A stretch of 64,000 nucleotides of DNA from an uncultured bacterium (lineage in GTDB: Bacteria; Patescibacteriota; Minisyncoccia; Phycocordibacterales; CAIRYW01). Shown here one piece after another: positions 20,664-30,725 of this stretch. The first letter of the stretch is position 1; each line of letters begins with the position of its first letter. Where the stretch lies: positions 196,352 to 260,351 of the forward strand of contig CAVYBO010000001.1 of the NCBI GenBank assembly GCA_963766885.1. The letters run 5' to 3'. A model generated the notes under the pieces. The model worked only from the letters and a program-made list of their open reading frames with translations. It was not told the DNA's origin and did no database searches. A program made the translations under genes and the position numbers.

Positions 20664-23555
20664 ATGCAGGACAACGTCTTTAAAGAAAAATACAAGAATC
20701 TTACACCTAGACAAAAGGAAGCGGTGGACACAATAGATGGTCCTGTGATGGTTATTGCCGGCCCTGGGACAGGTAAGACTACAATTCTGACGCTTCGTAT
20801 TGCAAATATACTGCTTAAGACTGATACTCCGCCGTCGGGTATTTTGGCTATCACATACACAGACGCTGGAGTCAAAGCCATCAAAAGTAAACTACGAGAA
20901 ATCATTGGCAGTCGGGCAGAAGAAATTCGTGTGCACACATTTCATAGTTTTGCTGCTTCTATTATTGGAGAATTCAGGGATCATTTTGTTCATTTGGATC
21001 TTTCCTCGCAAATTACGGATGTGGAAAGTGAATCTCTTGTCAGAAAAATTCTGGAGAAAAAAGAATTTGCAATGCTCAGGCCGCTTGGAAATCCCGAGTT
21101 CTATATCAGTTCAATCTTAAGAAACATAAGCGAAGCCAAGAGGGAAGCTTTGAGCACAGAAATAATTGAAGAGTTTGCAAAAGAAAAGATTAAAGAAACA
21201 AAAAGTTCAAAAGAAAAGCTTCGGGCTGTGGATTTGAAGATAATTGAAAAAGCGGAAAAGGCCACTATCTTTGCCAAAATTTTTAAAGAATATGAAGAAG
21301 AAAAGAAAAGGCAAAATAAAATTGATTTTGATGATTTGATATTTGAGCTTATCCAAGCGCTTCGCCAAGACAAACTTTTGCTTCAGTTGTTGCAAGAGAA
21401 GTTTTTGTATTTTTTGATTGACGAGCATCAGGACACCAACGATTCTCAAAATGAAATCATAAAAATTTTAGCTGATTTCTTTGAAAATCCGAATGTCTTT
21501 ATTGTTGGAGATGAAAAGCAGGCGATTTATCGATTTCAAGGCGCATCAGTAGCAAACTTTTTACGTTTCCAGAATCTTTGGAAAGATATGAAAGTTATAG
21601 CTCTTGAAGAAAACTTTCGTTCACATCAAAATATTTTGGATGCAAGCTTTTCTTTAATTGAACAAAATTATAATGCTGATGAACATAGAAATTTAAGGGT
21701 AAAGTTAGAAGGTAGAAAAAGAGAAAAGCCGATAGATTTGATTCTTGCTCCGGATATTTATTCAGTCGAAGGTTATATCGCCAAAGAAATAAAAGAGATT
21801 ATTAAAAGCGATCCTGATGCAACAATCGCAATCATTTCCAGGAGGAACCGTGATGTTGAAGAAATTACGCAGGCTCTGGAAAAACACGGAATTGATGTTT
21901 CTTCAGAGCGAAAAATTGATATTTTTAGGCACTCGGCTGGAATTTTATTTTTCTCACTCATTGAATTTCTTAATGATTCAACACGAATGGATGCTTTTGG
22001 AACCACGGTTGCTTTGGGCCTTTGGCATCTTGATTTTGACAGGGAAGTAGAGGTTTTAAAGATGGCTCGCGCGGGCAATGCCAAAGAAATTGAGAAAAGA
22101 ATTCCTGCAATTAAAGAGATAAAAAAGGCAATTGTTTCAAAAAGCCCGATTGAATTTTTATTTGAAGTAGCAAAATTATCAGGATTTGAAGAGCGAATTG
22201 CTTCTGATATTGGTTCTGTCGAAGCTTGGAGAGGGATTATTTCTTTGTCAGAAAGCATTGTAAAAGAAAGAAATATAGGCAATTCTCTTGAACTTATTTC
22301 AGCGCTTCTAACATATAAAACTTCTGCCGAAGAAAAAAGCATCAAGATTCCGGTCGGAATTCCCGAAGCAAAAGTTGTCTCGATGACCGCTCACGGCAGC
22401 AAAGGTTTGGAGTTTGATTATGTGTTTATTCCTTTCGCCACGGAAGAATCTTGGGTTGGAAGAAAGCGGGCTGAATATTTTTTGCTGCCGTTTCAATCAA
22501 AAAATGAAGACGAAAATATCAAGGATTTGCGAAGGCTTTTTTATGTTTCGATCACTCGCGCTCGTAAACACGTAATTGTTGTGGTTCCAGAAAAAGACAA
22601 AGATCAAAGAATATTCAGCCCACTCCGATTTATTGATGAGCTAGACAAAAAATCTGTCAAAGAATTTGCTGCGCCGGAAGTAAAAATGGAAATAAATAAT
22701 ACGGTTTCCAGAAATGATAGCCTGCATGCGCAGACAGGTAAAAGAATTGCGGATTACGCCAAAAGAGTGATTTTAGAAAACGGACTTTCTGTCACAGCTC
22801 TCAATCACTTTCTCAAATGTCCAAGCGAATTTATCTGGAAAAGTATTCTGAAGGTTCCCGAAGCGCCGAGCCCCACAGCGGAGCGTGGAAACGCCATGCA
22901 CAAAGCTTTTGACCGCGTATGGAGATTGAAAGAAAAAAATGAAGAATTAATTGCAAAGACAATCAAAGAAACAGTCTTGGAATATTTTAAAAATTCACAA
23001 TTACCTGTTTTTGAAAAAGAATCAATAACCAAAGATCTACTAGAAAAAGCGCCGATTGTCGCCAAAAGCCTGCGCGAACATTTCAATACAATGGGTGAAA
23101 TTCACACCGAAGAATGGAGTGAAAAAGTTTTTGATTTGGAATTTCTGGAAAGGAAAATAACTTTCAGAATTCACGGCAAGCTAGATGCTTTGATAGATAC
23201 TCCAAAAAACGTGTTTGTCTTTGATTACAAGACTCGCGGTAAAATGAGCGTTAATGAAATAAAAGGCAATACCAAAAATTCCACTGGAGATTATTTCAGA
23301 CAATTGGTTTTTTATAAGTTACTTTTGGAAGGGAATAGTAAGTATAAGAGCAAAGAAATTATTCCATCGCTCGTTTTCTTAACACCTGACGAAAAAGGCA
23401 AATGCCACATTGAGACGTTTTCAGTTTCCGAAGACGACATTAAACAGGTTAAAGAAAATATTGACTCTCTGGCAAAAGCTGTCTGGTCTGGAGAAATAAC
23501 TCAAATGAAGTGTGATGACAAAGATTGTGAGCACGGTAAGATTTTAAGTTTATAA
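20664..23555 (+). CDS. UvrD/REP-type helicase fused to C-terminal PD-(D/E)XK nuclease (AdnAB/AddA-like)
   Basis: AGPGTGKT, DEHQDTN, VGDEKQAIYRFQGA, T.HGSKGLEF, RRLFYVSITRAR; RGN.MH, GKLD..FDYKT. Confidence 0.9.
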   Translation: MQDNVFKEKYKNLTPRQKEAVDTIDGPVMVIAGPGTGKTTILTLRIANILLKTDTPPSGILAITYTDAGVKAIKSKLREIIGSRAEEIRVHTFHSFAASIIGEFRDHFVHLDLSSQITDVESESLVRKILEKKEFAMLRPLGNPEFYISSILRNISEAKREALSTEIIEEFAKEKIKETKSSKEKLRAVDLKIIEKAEKATIFAKIFKEYEEEKKRQNKIDFDDLIFELIQALRQDKLLLQLLQEKFLYFLIDEHQDTNDSQNEIIKILADFFENPNVFIVGDEKQAIYRFQGASVANFLRFQNLWKDMKVIALEENFRSHQNILDASFSLIEQNYNADEHRNLRVKLEGRKREKPIDLILAPDIYSVEGYIAKEIKEIIKSDPDATIAIISRRNRDVEEITQALEKHGIDVSSERKIDIFRHSAGILFFSLIEFLNDSTRMDAFGTTVALGLWHLDFDREVEVLKMARAGNAKEIEKRIPAIKEIKKAIVSKSPIEFLFEVAKLSGFEERIASDIGSVEAWRGIISLSESIVKERNIGNSLELISALLTYKTSAEEKSIKIPVGIPEAKVVSMTAHGSKGLEFDYVFIPFATEESWVGRKRAEYFLLPFQSKNEDENIKDLRRLFYVSITRARKHVIVVVPEKDKDQRIFSPLRFIDELDKKSVKEFAAPEVKMEINNTVSRNDSLHAQTGKRIADYAKRVILENGLSVTALNHFLKCPSEFIWKSILKVPEAPSPTAERGNAMHKAFDRVWRLKEKNEELIAKTIKETVLEYFKNSQLPVFEKESITKDLLEKAPIVAKSLREHFNTMGEIHTEEWSEKVFDLEFLERKITFRIHGKLDALIDTPKNVFVFDYKTRGKMSVNEIKGNTKNSTGDYFRQLVFYKLLLEGNSKYKSKEIIPSLVFLTPDEKGKCHIETFSVSEDDIKQVKENIDSLAKAVWSGEITQMKCDDKDCEHGKILSL

Positions 23556-23630
23556 TTTGACTTAGTTTATTTTTAGTGCTACTGTAACGAAAGTTACCTT
23601 GAACTAATAAAACCTTAGAAAGAAAAAAAC

Positions 23631-23852
23631 ATGGATATCACGAGTGTCGGTGTGGATGCTTTGATCAAGCACATCCAAGGCGAAGCAGAGCCCAACTGCG
23701 GTGAGTGTGAAGGTAGGTTAAGAAACCTTACACCTTTCATTCTCGAGCTGGATTTGCCGGAAGTTTCCGACGCCTATAATCAGGCGTTAAGTAATGCCAT
23801 TGAATGCGATAAAAAAGTCGCCCAAATGCGTAAAGAATACGCTCGCCGCTAG
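23631..23852 (+). CDS. small hypothetical protein with CxxC
   Basis: ATG ORF; TTGACT promoter-like box upstream and a hairpin downstream. Confidence 0.6.
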   Translation: MDITSVGVDALIKHIQGEAEPNCGECEGRLRNLTPFILELDLPEVSDAYNQALSNAIECDKKVAQMRKEYARR

Positions 23853-23901
23853 GCCAATTAACTAAGGACCCATTGTCTTCGGACTTTGGGTTCTATTTTA
23901 T

Positions 23902-24615
23902 TTACTGATTTTTTAAAATAGTATCGAGCGCGTTTGAGATGTCAGAATAGGTGACGGCTCCAGGGACCACAATAATTCCGTTTTTGGATATGATAAACGC
24001 TGTTGGTGTGCCGGAAACATTCGCAGTATTTCCATCTGCATATTCTTGCGAGATGATAGAAGAATTTTTGCCGCTTGAGACGCAATTATCAAAAGTGGTT
24101 TTATCAATTCCTTCCGCCACGGCGTATTTATCTGGATTGGTCAGCCCGTCGGTATCTTGGTTGGCAAATATTTGGCCTATATAATCAAAATATTTATCGT
24201 TTCCTGCCAGTTCAGCAACGCATTCTGCTGCTTCTGCCGCTTGGCCGCCCAAAGGATGGAAAGCGCTGCCGTCAGGAAGATTTCTTGGCGCCCAATAAGT
24301 GCGGTACACCCAGGCCACGCCTTTGCTTTGGTAGTCTTGCATCACTTGGCGCATCGTTACATCAAATTCCTTGCAGTATGGGCACTGAAGATCTCCGTAT
24401 TCAACTATCTTTATCGGTGCATTTGGATTGCCCATCACATGATCCGCAGAGTCAACTGGTTTTACAGTGATGTTTTGTTCAGCTTCTAGTGGATTTGTTG
24501 CGTTTGATTTGCTTGAAAAATAAATCGAAACACCTACAATTAATGCGGCTAAAACAATCGCCACAGGAAGAGCCCAAGAATTTGTTTTTTTTGTATCTAA
24601 GTTTTCTGATTCCAT
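23902..24615 (-). CDS. membrane-anchored DsbA-family thiol-disulfide oxidoreductase
   Basis: N-terminal TM, GNPNAP..IVEYGDLQCPYC, VSGTPT. Confidence 0.92.
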   Translation of the reverse strand: MESENLDTKKTNSWALPVAIVLAALIVGVSIYFSSKSNATNPLEAEQNITVKPVDSADHVMGNPNAPIKIVEYGDLQCPYCKEFDVTMRQVMQDYQSKGVAWVYRTYWAPRNLPDGSAFHPLGGQAAEAAECVAELAGNDKYFDYIGQIFANQDTDGLTNPDKYAVAEGIDKTTFDNCVSSGKNSSIISQEYADGNTANVSGTPTAFIISKNGIIVVPGAVTYSDISNALDTILKNQ

Positions 24616-24627
24616 TTTATTTATAAG

Positions 24628-25203
24628 CTAAAAGGGAAGTGATCGATTCAAAACTGCGTCCTTTTTTGTATCCCAATTTGATGTGTCAATAATAGCATCT
24701 TTTATAAACTCGCCGTCTTTGTATTTTATTTTGCCGTTTTTTAAAGCGTATTCATAAACTTCTTTTGTTACTTTCACATCCTGAAGACAATATTTGCGAA
24801 TGCTTTCAATATCACCTTTTTTCCACCATTCAATTGCTTGGAGCCCGTTTCCGCTTTTGCCGTGTCCTAGCGTTGCTTCGGCAATGTTACCAAGACCGAC
24901 TCTGTGGCCAATTGATTTGCGCACATCTTCTAGCAAGTCCAAGCTTTTTATATTGTTTAAATCTCCGTGATAATATTTGTTTAGAAGCGGCACATCAAAA
25001 TGATTACTATTAAAACCTATTAGCACATCTGTGTCCTCCAAGATTTTCCAAAGCTCGGGCAATTCTTCAACTAGGTAGCTTGAATATTTATCTGCAGAGT
25101 AATCATAAATTCCAACAAGCGAAATATCCAAAAGCACAGGGTCAGCCTTGCCCACATCATCAAACACATTTCTTGTTTCTATATCAAATACTACTTTTCT
25201 CAT
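24628..25203 (-). CDS. RNase H-like (DEDD) exonuclease domain protein
   Basis: VFDIET, GFNSNHFDVP, YCLQDV. Confidence 0.85.
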   Translation of the reverse strand: MRKVVFDIETRNVFDDVGKADPVLLDISLVGIYDYSADKYSSYLVEELPELWKILEDTDVLIGFNSNHFDVPLLNKYYHGDLNNIKSLDLLEDVRKSIGHRVGLGNIAEATLGHGKSGNGLQAIEWWKKGDIESIRKYCLQDVKVTKEVYEYALKNGKIKYKDGEFIKDAIIDTSNWDTKKDAVLNRSLPF

Positions 25204-25217
25204 GTTTTTATATTTTG

Positions 25218-25673
25218 TTATTTTCCAATTGCATAAATTTCTGCAAATCTTACACTGTTTTCTAAATCGTGTAACAGTTCTGAAGACTTTTTCATTTCTA
25301 CTCCAATTTTCTTTGTTAATGTTTTGTCCTTTTCATCCTCATATTTTTTTAAACCGTCGTCTATAAAGTTTTCTAAAACAGGAATTAGTTTTTCTTTCAC
25401 GATCTTTGTAATAAATGTTAAGTCTTCATTTGGAAAATCAAAGTAGACAATTTTACCCATCTCTCTATCTGCTTCAGTTATCCCTGAGTATTCTTGGATT
25501 ACCGAGATTAAATACTTGTATTTTATGGAGAAATTTATTAGTAGTTCCAAATCTATTTTTTCCGGTGAAAAATTAGAAAGAGTTTCAAATGTTCTTGCGT
25601 CAGTTAACAGAGATTCTATCCTTTCTTTTACATCTTCAGCACCAGTTTTTTCCGTTTTTGATTCAGGATTCAT
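25218..25673 (-). CDS. hypothetical protein
   Basis: 151-aa ORF tightly packed between hisS and the exonuclease gene. Confidence 0.7.
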   Translation of the reverse strand: MNPESKTEKTGAEDVKERIESLLTDARTFETLSNFSPEKIDLELLINFSIKYKYLISVIQEYSGITEADREMGKIVYFDFPNEDLTFITKIVKEKLIPVLENFIDDGLKKYEDEKDKTLTKKIGVEMKKSSELLHDLENSVRFAEIYAIGK

Positions 25674-25693
25674 TTTTTATATATTGAATAATT

Positions 25694-26506
25694 TTATTTA
25701 AGTGGAAGACCGTGAGTTTCCAAAAAGTCGCGGATGGTCACGTCTCCCATCCCAAATCCGACAGTCGGAAGAGGTTCAACTCCAAACATTTCAAGTAGGT
25801 TGTCGTATCTTCCACCGCCGCAAATTGATCTGTTGTTTTCTCCGCTGGCATCAAATAGTTCAAAGACAATTCCTGTGTAATATGTTTGTCCTCTTGCAAG
25901 CGATTCATCAATCTTGGTATTTTTTATACCCAACTCTTCTAATTTGTTTTTGATTTGAGCTAGATCAATCTCTTTATTGCTTGGATTATTCAATCTTATT
26001 TCAAAACTATTGTCATCGGCACCAAATTCTTTCATTATTTTGTAAGTTATTTGAATCATTTCTATCTCAGCATCCATTCCAGAAATTCCCATAATGTCGC
26101 AATTTAATTGCCAGTGTTCACGCTTTCTTCCGCGTTGAGGTCTTTCGTATCGGAAGCAATTTGGAATTGAGTACCATCGCAGTGGAAGTTTGAGGCCTTT
26201 GCGACGCGCTGCAATCATTCTGGCAAGAGTCGGTGTCATTTCTGGTCGTAGGGCAACTTCACGATCTCCTTTGTCGGTGAATGTGTACATCTGCACGTTT
26301 ACAATTTCATCGCCGCTTTTCACCTTGTAAAGTTCCGCTGATTCCAAAATTGACGCGCTGTATTCTTGATATTTAAATTCTTCTGCCACTTTTCGCCATA
26401 CGCCAAAAATGTAGTTCTGGATTGTCATATCTTCTGGGTAGAAATCGCGGACACCTTTGTAGGGCTCGGTTGGAAGCTTTTTCTTTTCTTGTTTTTCTTC
26501 AGCCAT
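25694..26506 (-). CDS. hisS: histidyl-tRNA synthetase, catalytic core only (270 aa)
   Basis: KGVRDFYP, LRPEMT, FRYERPQRGRKREHWQ, RGQTYYTG, GGGRYD, GFGMG. Confidence 0.85.
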   Translation of the reverse strand: MAEEKQEKKKLPTEPYKGVRDFYPEDMTIQNYIFGVWRKVAEEFKYQEYSASILESAELYKVKSGDEIVNVQMYTFTDKGDREVALRPEMTPTLARMIAARRKGLKLPLRWYSIPNCFRYERPQRGRKREHWQLNCDIMGISGMDAEIEMIQITYKIMKEFGADDNSFEIRLNNPSNKEIDLAQIKNKLEELGIKNTKIDESLARGQTYYTGIVFELFDASGENNRSICGGGRYDNLLEMFGVEPLPTVGFGMGDVTIRDFLETHGLPLK

Positions 26507-26528
26507 TGTTATGCTATTTTACTAGAAT

Positions 26529-27272
26529 ATGGCTCAAATACAATCTCAAATTTTACTCAACAAAAAAGAAGGAGAAACTCCTTTGGAGGCAATTTATCGC
26601 TTCAAGACAGCAAATCCTGATTATAAAGACTTGCCGATGACATACGCTGGCAGACTTGATCCGATGGCTGAAGGCCTGCTTTTGTTGCTTGTTGGTGAAG
26701 AATGCAAGCAAAAGGATAAGTATTTGAAATTCTCAAAAGAGTATGAAGTTGAAGTACTTTTGGGATTTGAAACGGATACATCTGATATTTTGGGTAAGAT
26801 TACCAAAATTGAAACGAAGCCTGAAATTTTTTCAGAAGAAAAAATTTCAGGCGCTCTTCTGTCTACAAAAAATATTGCACAAAAATATCCAGCCTATTCT
26901 TCCAAAACTTTTGAAGGCAAACCTTTGTGGCAGTGGGCAAGGGAAGGAGAAGAAAAGGAAATTGAGTCTGATGCCAAAATTACCGATGCAGAATTTTTGG
27001 AACAAAGAGAAATAAATGGAAACGAGCTTTTAAAAAATATTTTTGAGCGAATTGCCAAAGTAAACGGTGATTTTCGTCAGCAAGAAATTTTAGAGCTGTG
27101 GCGAGAAAAAATAAATACAAATGAAAATTACCAAATTATTTCTCTAAAAATATCATCAACAGGTGGTGCTTATATGCGCGTCTTTGCATCTCAACTCGGC
27201 AAAGTTTTAGGCATACCTGCTCTGGCTTTTTCTATAAAGCGAACAAAACTTGGGGAATATAAATTAGAATAA
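26529..27272 (+). CDS. truB: tRNA pseudouridine(55) synthase
   Basis: AGRLDPMAEGLL, KEY, TDT.D.LG, YPAYSS, G.YMR, R.K.G. Confidence 0.88.
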   Translation: MAQIQSQILLNKKEGETPLEAIYRFKTANPDYKDLPMTYAGRLDPMAEGLLLLLVGEECKQKDKYLKFSKEYEVEVLLGFETDTSDILGKITKIETKPEIFSEEKISGALLSTKNIAQKYPAYSSKTFEGKPLWQWAREGEEKEIESDAKITDAEFLEQREINGNELLKNIFERIAKVNGDFRQQEILELWREKINTNENYQIISLKISSTGGAYMRVFASQLGKVLGIPALAFSIKRTKLGEYKLE

Positions 27273-27274
27273 AT

Positions 27275-29092
27275 TTATTCTAATCCCTTATCTCTTCTGC
27301 CTGCTTTGTCGCGGGCGGTTTTCGTAAGGAATCTTTTGCGCAAGCGCACAGACTTCGGAGTAATTTCCAAAAGCTCGTCGTCTTGCATCACCTCAAGTCC
27401 TCTTTCAATATCAATTTCTAGGTGCGGTGTTAGATACGTTGTGCCGTCAGAACCGGATGCGCGCATGTTTGTAAGCTGCTTGCCTTTGGTTGGGTTGATG
27501 TCCAAGTCTTCGCCTTTGGAAGTATTACCAACAACCTGCCCAATGTAAACTTCTGTTCCAGCTCCCAAATAAAGCACGCCTCTTTGCTGTAAATTATCCA
27601 AGGCAAATGCAAGCGCTTTGCCAGCTTCCATTGAAACCATAGATCCAACTTCGCGCTTTTCAATTGTTCCAGCGTATTCTTTAAAATCAATAAATCTTGA
27701 GCATATAATTCCTTCGCCTTTTGTATCAATAACAAATTGGTTTTTGTATCCTAAAAGTCCGCGGGTTGGAATTTCAAAAATAATTCGCACTTGCGAGCCT
27801 TCTTGCTTCATATTGGCCATCAAACCTTTTCGTCTTGAAAGTTTTTCGATGATTGCACCGCTGAATTCTTCTGGCGTGTCAATTGTTACTTCCTCGTAAG
27901 GCTCAAGTTTTTTGCCGTTTTCTTCTTTGACGATTACGTGCGGCTGAGAAACAGCAAGTTCAAACCCTTCTCTTCGCATATTTTCAAGCAATATAGCAAT
28001 GTGAAGCTCGCCTCTGCCGTAAACGCGGAATTTATCCGCAGCAGAAAAATCAACTTTAAGTCCGATGTTTACTTCAAGTTCCTTTTCCAATCTGTCGCGG
28101 ATTTGTCTTGTTGTTACAAATTTTCCTTCTTTGCCAGCAAATGGGGAATCGTTAACCATAAAATCCAAAGAGATTGTCGGCTCATCAACGTTGATGGCGG
28201 GTAAAGATTCTTGATTTGCATCGTGGCAGATCGTGTCTCCGATATAAATATCCGGAATTCCAGCAACCATCACAATGTCTCCGGAATGAGCTTCCTTGAC
28301 TTCTTTTTTGGCAACACCATCAAAGGTATAAAGTTTTGTAATTCTGTAAGGTTTGGCTTCACCAGATATTTTTTTATTAAAAACAGTTTCCCCATCAGTT
28401 ATTGTTCCTTCGTAGATTCTGCAAACCGCCATTCTGCCCAAGAAGTTGTCGTAAGCCAGGTTGAAAGGCTGCGCGCGAAGCGGCACGTCATCCTTTGTAT
28501 TTGCTGGTTGGACATGTTCAAGTACTGTATCCAAAAGGGGATTGAGATTTACTCTTTCATCAGTTAAGTTTTTCATCGCCACGCCTTCTCGGCCGATTGC
28601 GTAGACAACGGGGAAGTTGAGCTGTTCGTCGTTTGCTCCAAGGTCAATAAAAAGCTCCAAGACTTCGTCGTGGACTTTGTTTGGATCTGCGGCAGGCTTG
28701 TCTATTTTGTTGATAACCACAATCGGCTTTATTCCAAGTTCTAGGGACTTTTTGAGTACAAAGCGAGTTTGAGGCATCGGACCCTCCTGAGCGTCTACTA
28801 CGAGCAATACGCAGTCAATAGAACGTAAAACGCGTTCTACCTCGCTACCAAAGTCGGCGTGACCAGGTGTGTCTACAATGTTGATTTTGGTGTCTTTATA
28901 GAAAACAGAGGTATTTTTGGCATAAATAGTAATACCGCGCTCTTGTTCAAGGGCGTTTGAGTCCATAGAGACACCTTCTTTGACCATTCCTGTCTGCTTC
29001 ATCAAAGCGTCTGTAAGAGTGGTCTTTCCGTGGTCCACGTGGGCGATAATCGCTATGTTTCTGATTTGTATACTTTCTTTCATATCTTTCAT
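27275..29092 (-). CDS. typA: translational GTPase TypA/BipA
   Basis: NIAIIAHVDHGKTTL, ERGITI, DTPGHADF, GRGELH, ITPKSVRLRK. Confidence 0.97.
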   Translation of the reverse strand: MKDMKESIQIRNIAIIAHVDHGKTTLTDALMKQTGMVKEGVSMDSNALEQERGITIYAKNTSVFYKDTKINIVDTPGHADFGSEVERVLRSIDCVLLVVDAQEGPMPQTRFVLKKSLELGIKPIVVINKIDKPAADPNKVHDEVLELFIDLGANDEQLNFPVVYAIGREGVAMKNLTDERVNLNPLLDTVLEHVQPANTKDDVPLRAQPFNLAYDNFLGRMAVCRIYEGTITDGETVFNKKISGEAKPYRITKLYTFDGVAKKEVKEAHSGDIVMVAGIPDIYIGDTICHDANQESLPAINVDEPTISLDFMVNDSPFAGKEGKFVTTRQIRDRLEKELEVNIGLKVDFSAADKFRVYGRGELHIAILLENMRREGFELAVSQPHVIVKEENGKKLEPYEEVTIDTPEEFSGAIIEKLSRRKGLMANMKQEGSQVRIIFEIPTRGLLGYKNQFVIDTKGEGIICSRFIDFKEYAGTIEKREVGSMVSMEAGKALAFALDNLQQRGVLYLGAGTEVYIGQVVGNTSKGEDLDINPTKGKQLTNMRASGSDGTTYLTPHLEIDIERGLEVMQDDELLEITPKSVRLRKRFLTKTARDKAGRRDKGLE

Positions 29093-29158
29093 ATAAATAA
29101 AAATACGGCGCTAGCCGTGCCTCAATTAAAACATTTTTAACAAATTTTGGCAAATACG

Positions 29159-29269
29159 AAAGCTCGAAATAGCTTGCCTCGTGCGACACGCATAAAATCC
29201 TGCTGGATTTTTGCTATTCTCGCGCCGTCGCGCTGTGAAGTGTCTTACTCGACAACTATTTTGAGCTTT
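29159..29269. repeat. 111-bp MITE-like palindromic element
   Basis: Terminal inverted repeats AAAGCTCGAAATAG/CTATTTTGAGCTTT (one G-T pair) and internal hairpin AAAATCC-TGCT-GGATTTT. Confidence 0.65.
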
Positions 29270-29862
29270 TAGCTTTTTCTAGCTTTGATGATTTCTATCG
29301 CGCTTGGGATTAGAGAAAGAATGATTATGACAATAACAACAGGTAAAACATATTTGTCTGGATTTGGAATAAGCTTGCCGAAGAAATATCCGCCATAAGC
29401 CATTCCGCAAACCCACAAAACTCCGCCAATAAAGTTGTATGAAAGAAAAGTTTTATATTCCATATTTCCAACTCCAGCCAGGATTGGCACAAACGTGCGA
29501 ACTACTGGCACAAACCTTGCCAAAAGAATTGACTTGCGTCCGTATTTTTCAAAAAACTTTTCTGACTTGGCGATATATTTTTTGGAAAGAAAAATCGAGT
29601 CTTCTTTGGTAAAAAGTTTTGGGCCGATTTTTTTGCCAAAGGCGTAGCCCACGTTGTCTCCCAAAATTGCGCAGATTGAGCCAAGGGTAGCGAGCGCCAC
29701 GATGCTGATGTATCCGTGTGCGGCCAAAAGTCCTGCGGTAAAAATCAAAGAATCACCCGGAAAGAAGAATCCAAAGAAAAGTCCAGACTCGGCAAAAATA
29801 ATTGCCAGAATTCCGATGAATCCAAGGCCTTGTATCAAAAACTGGGGATTTAAGTATTGCAT
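29269..29862 (-). CDS. DedA/VTT family membrane protein
   Basis: FAESGLFFGFFFPGDSL..AG, GDNVGY..G, ARFVPVVRTF.P..AG. Confidence 0.93.
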   Translation of the reverse strand: MQYLNPQFLIQGLGFIGILAIIFAESGLFFGFFFPGDSLIFTAGLLAAHGYISIVALATLGSICAILGDNVGYAFGKKIGPKLFTKEDSIFLSKKYIAKSEKFFEKYGRKSILLARFVPVVRTFVPILAGVGNMEYKTFLSYNFIGGVLWVCGMAYGGYFFGKLIPNPDKYVLPVVIVIIILSLIPSAIEIIKARKS

Positions 29863-29869
29863 ACCTATA

Positions 29870-30685
29870 TTATAGATGCTTTTTTATTAATTTAGAAATT
29901 GCTAAAAGCTCAGCTTCAGGAGTTTTTTCTCGACTACCTGGTCGATAAATAAACTTTCGCGGTTCATATTTGGTAATTCCCGTATCACCAGATTTTCTGG
30001 GTAGAAGATGCAAGTGAAAATGGGGAACAGATTGACCGGCCAATTCTCCTTCATTCCAAGCAATATTAAATCCTTCCGCTCTAAAAGTTTTTTCAAGAGC
30101 AATTTCTAAATCTCTAAGTAGGTGGAAAATATCTTTTTTCTCATTTACTGTTAATTCTTCAAAAGTGGCAGCGCATCTTTTTGGAGCTATCAAGACATGC
30201 CCTGGAACAATTGGAATATTTGTAGGAAACGCCCAAGCATATTTATTCTCTACGACTGTTCTTTTCTTAATTTCTGGAATAGTACAATATACGCAATCTT
30301 TTTTTTTTAACTGCGAAATTTTTTTGATTGTAAAATCTACGCCGATTTCGGGTTTGTATTTTTTGAGCGCTTCACCTAGTCCGATTTGGTCAAATCCCAA
30401 AGCGATTATGTTTGGTTTGGTTTTTTTGACTGGAGTCCAATTGCCGAGTTTTTTATCTCCTCCAATAACTTTGTCTGCGATTCCCAGTTTTTCTATAGCT
30501 TTCATTCTTTTGGTCATAGAATTTTTTGGTTTTCTTTGTTTTCGGAAAAAAACACTTTCATCGCTTGCAACAGATACAGTCAAATTTCCAAGCTTTTTGG
30601 CTTGGCTTAGAAAATGAATGTGTCCTGGATGGATCACATCAAACGTTCCAAAAACCAAAACTTTTTTTTGTTGAGCTTTAGCCAT
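29870..30685 (-). CDS. HxGH cytidylyltransferase-like domain fused to a HIT hydrolase domain
   Basis: FGTFDVIHPGH, LGFDQ; CVYC, P..PGHVLI.PK, GQSVPHFHLHLLPR. Confidence 0.88.
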   Translation of the reverse strand: MAKAQQKKVLVFGTFDVIHPGHIHFLSQAKKLGNLTVSVASDESVFFRKQRKPKNSMTKRMKAIEKLGIADKVIGGDKKLGNWTPVKKTKPNIIALGFDQIGLGEALKKYKPEIGVDFTIKKISQLKKKDCVYCTIPEIKKRTVVENKYAWAFPTNIPIVPGHVLIAPKRCAATFEELTVNEKKDIFHLLRDLEIALEKTFRAEGFNIAWNEGELAGQSVPHFHLHLLPRKSGDTGITKYEPRKFIYRPGSREKTPEAELLAISKLIKKHL

Positions 30686-30725
30686 AAGTTGATACAATGT
30701 TATCACAAAATAATTATTTAAATTT

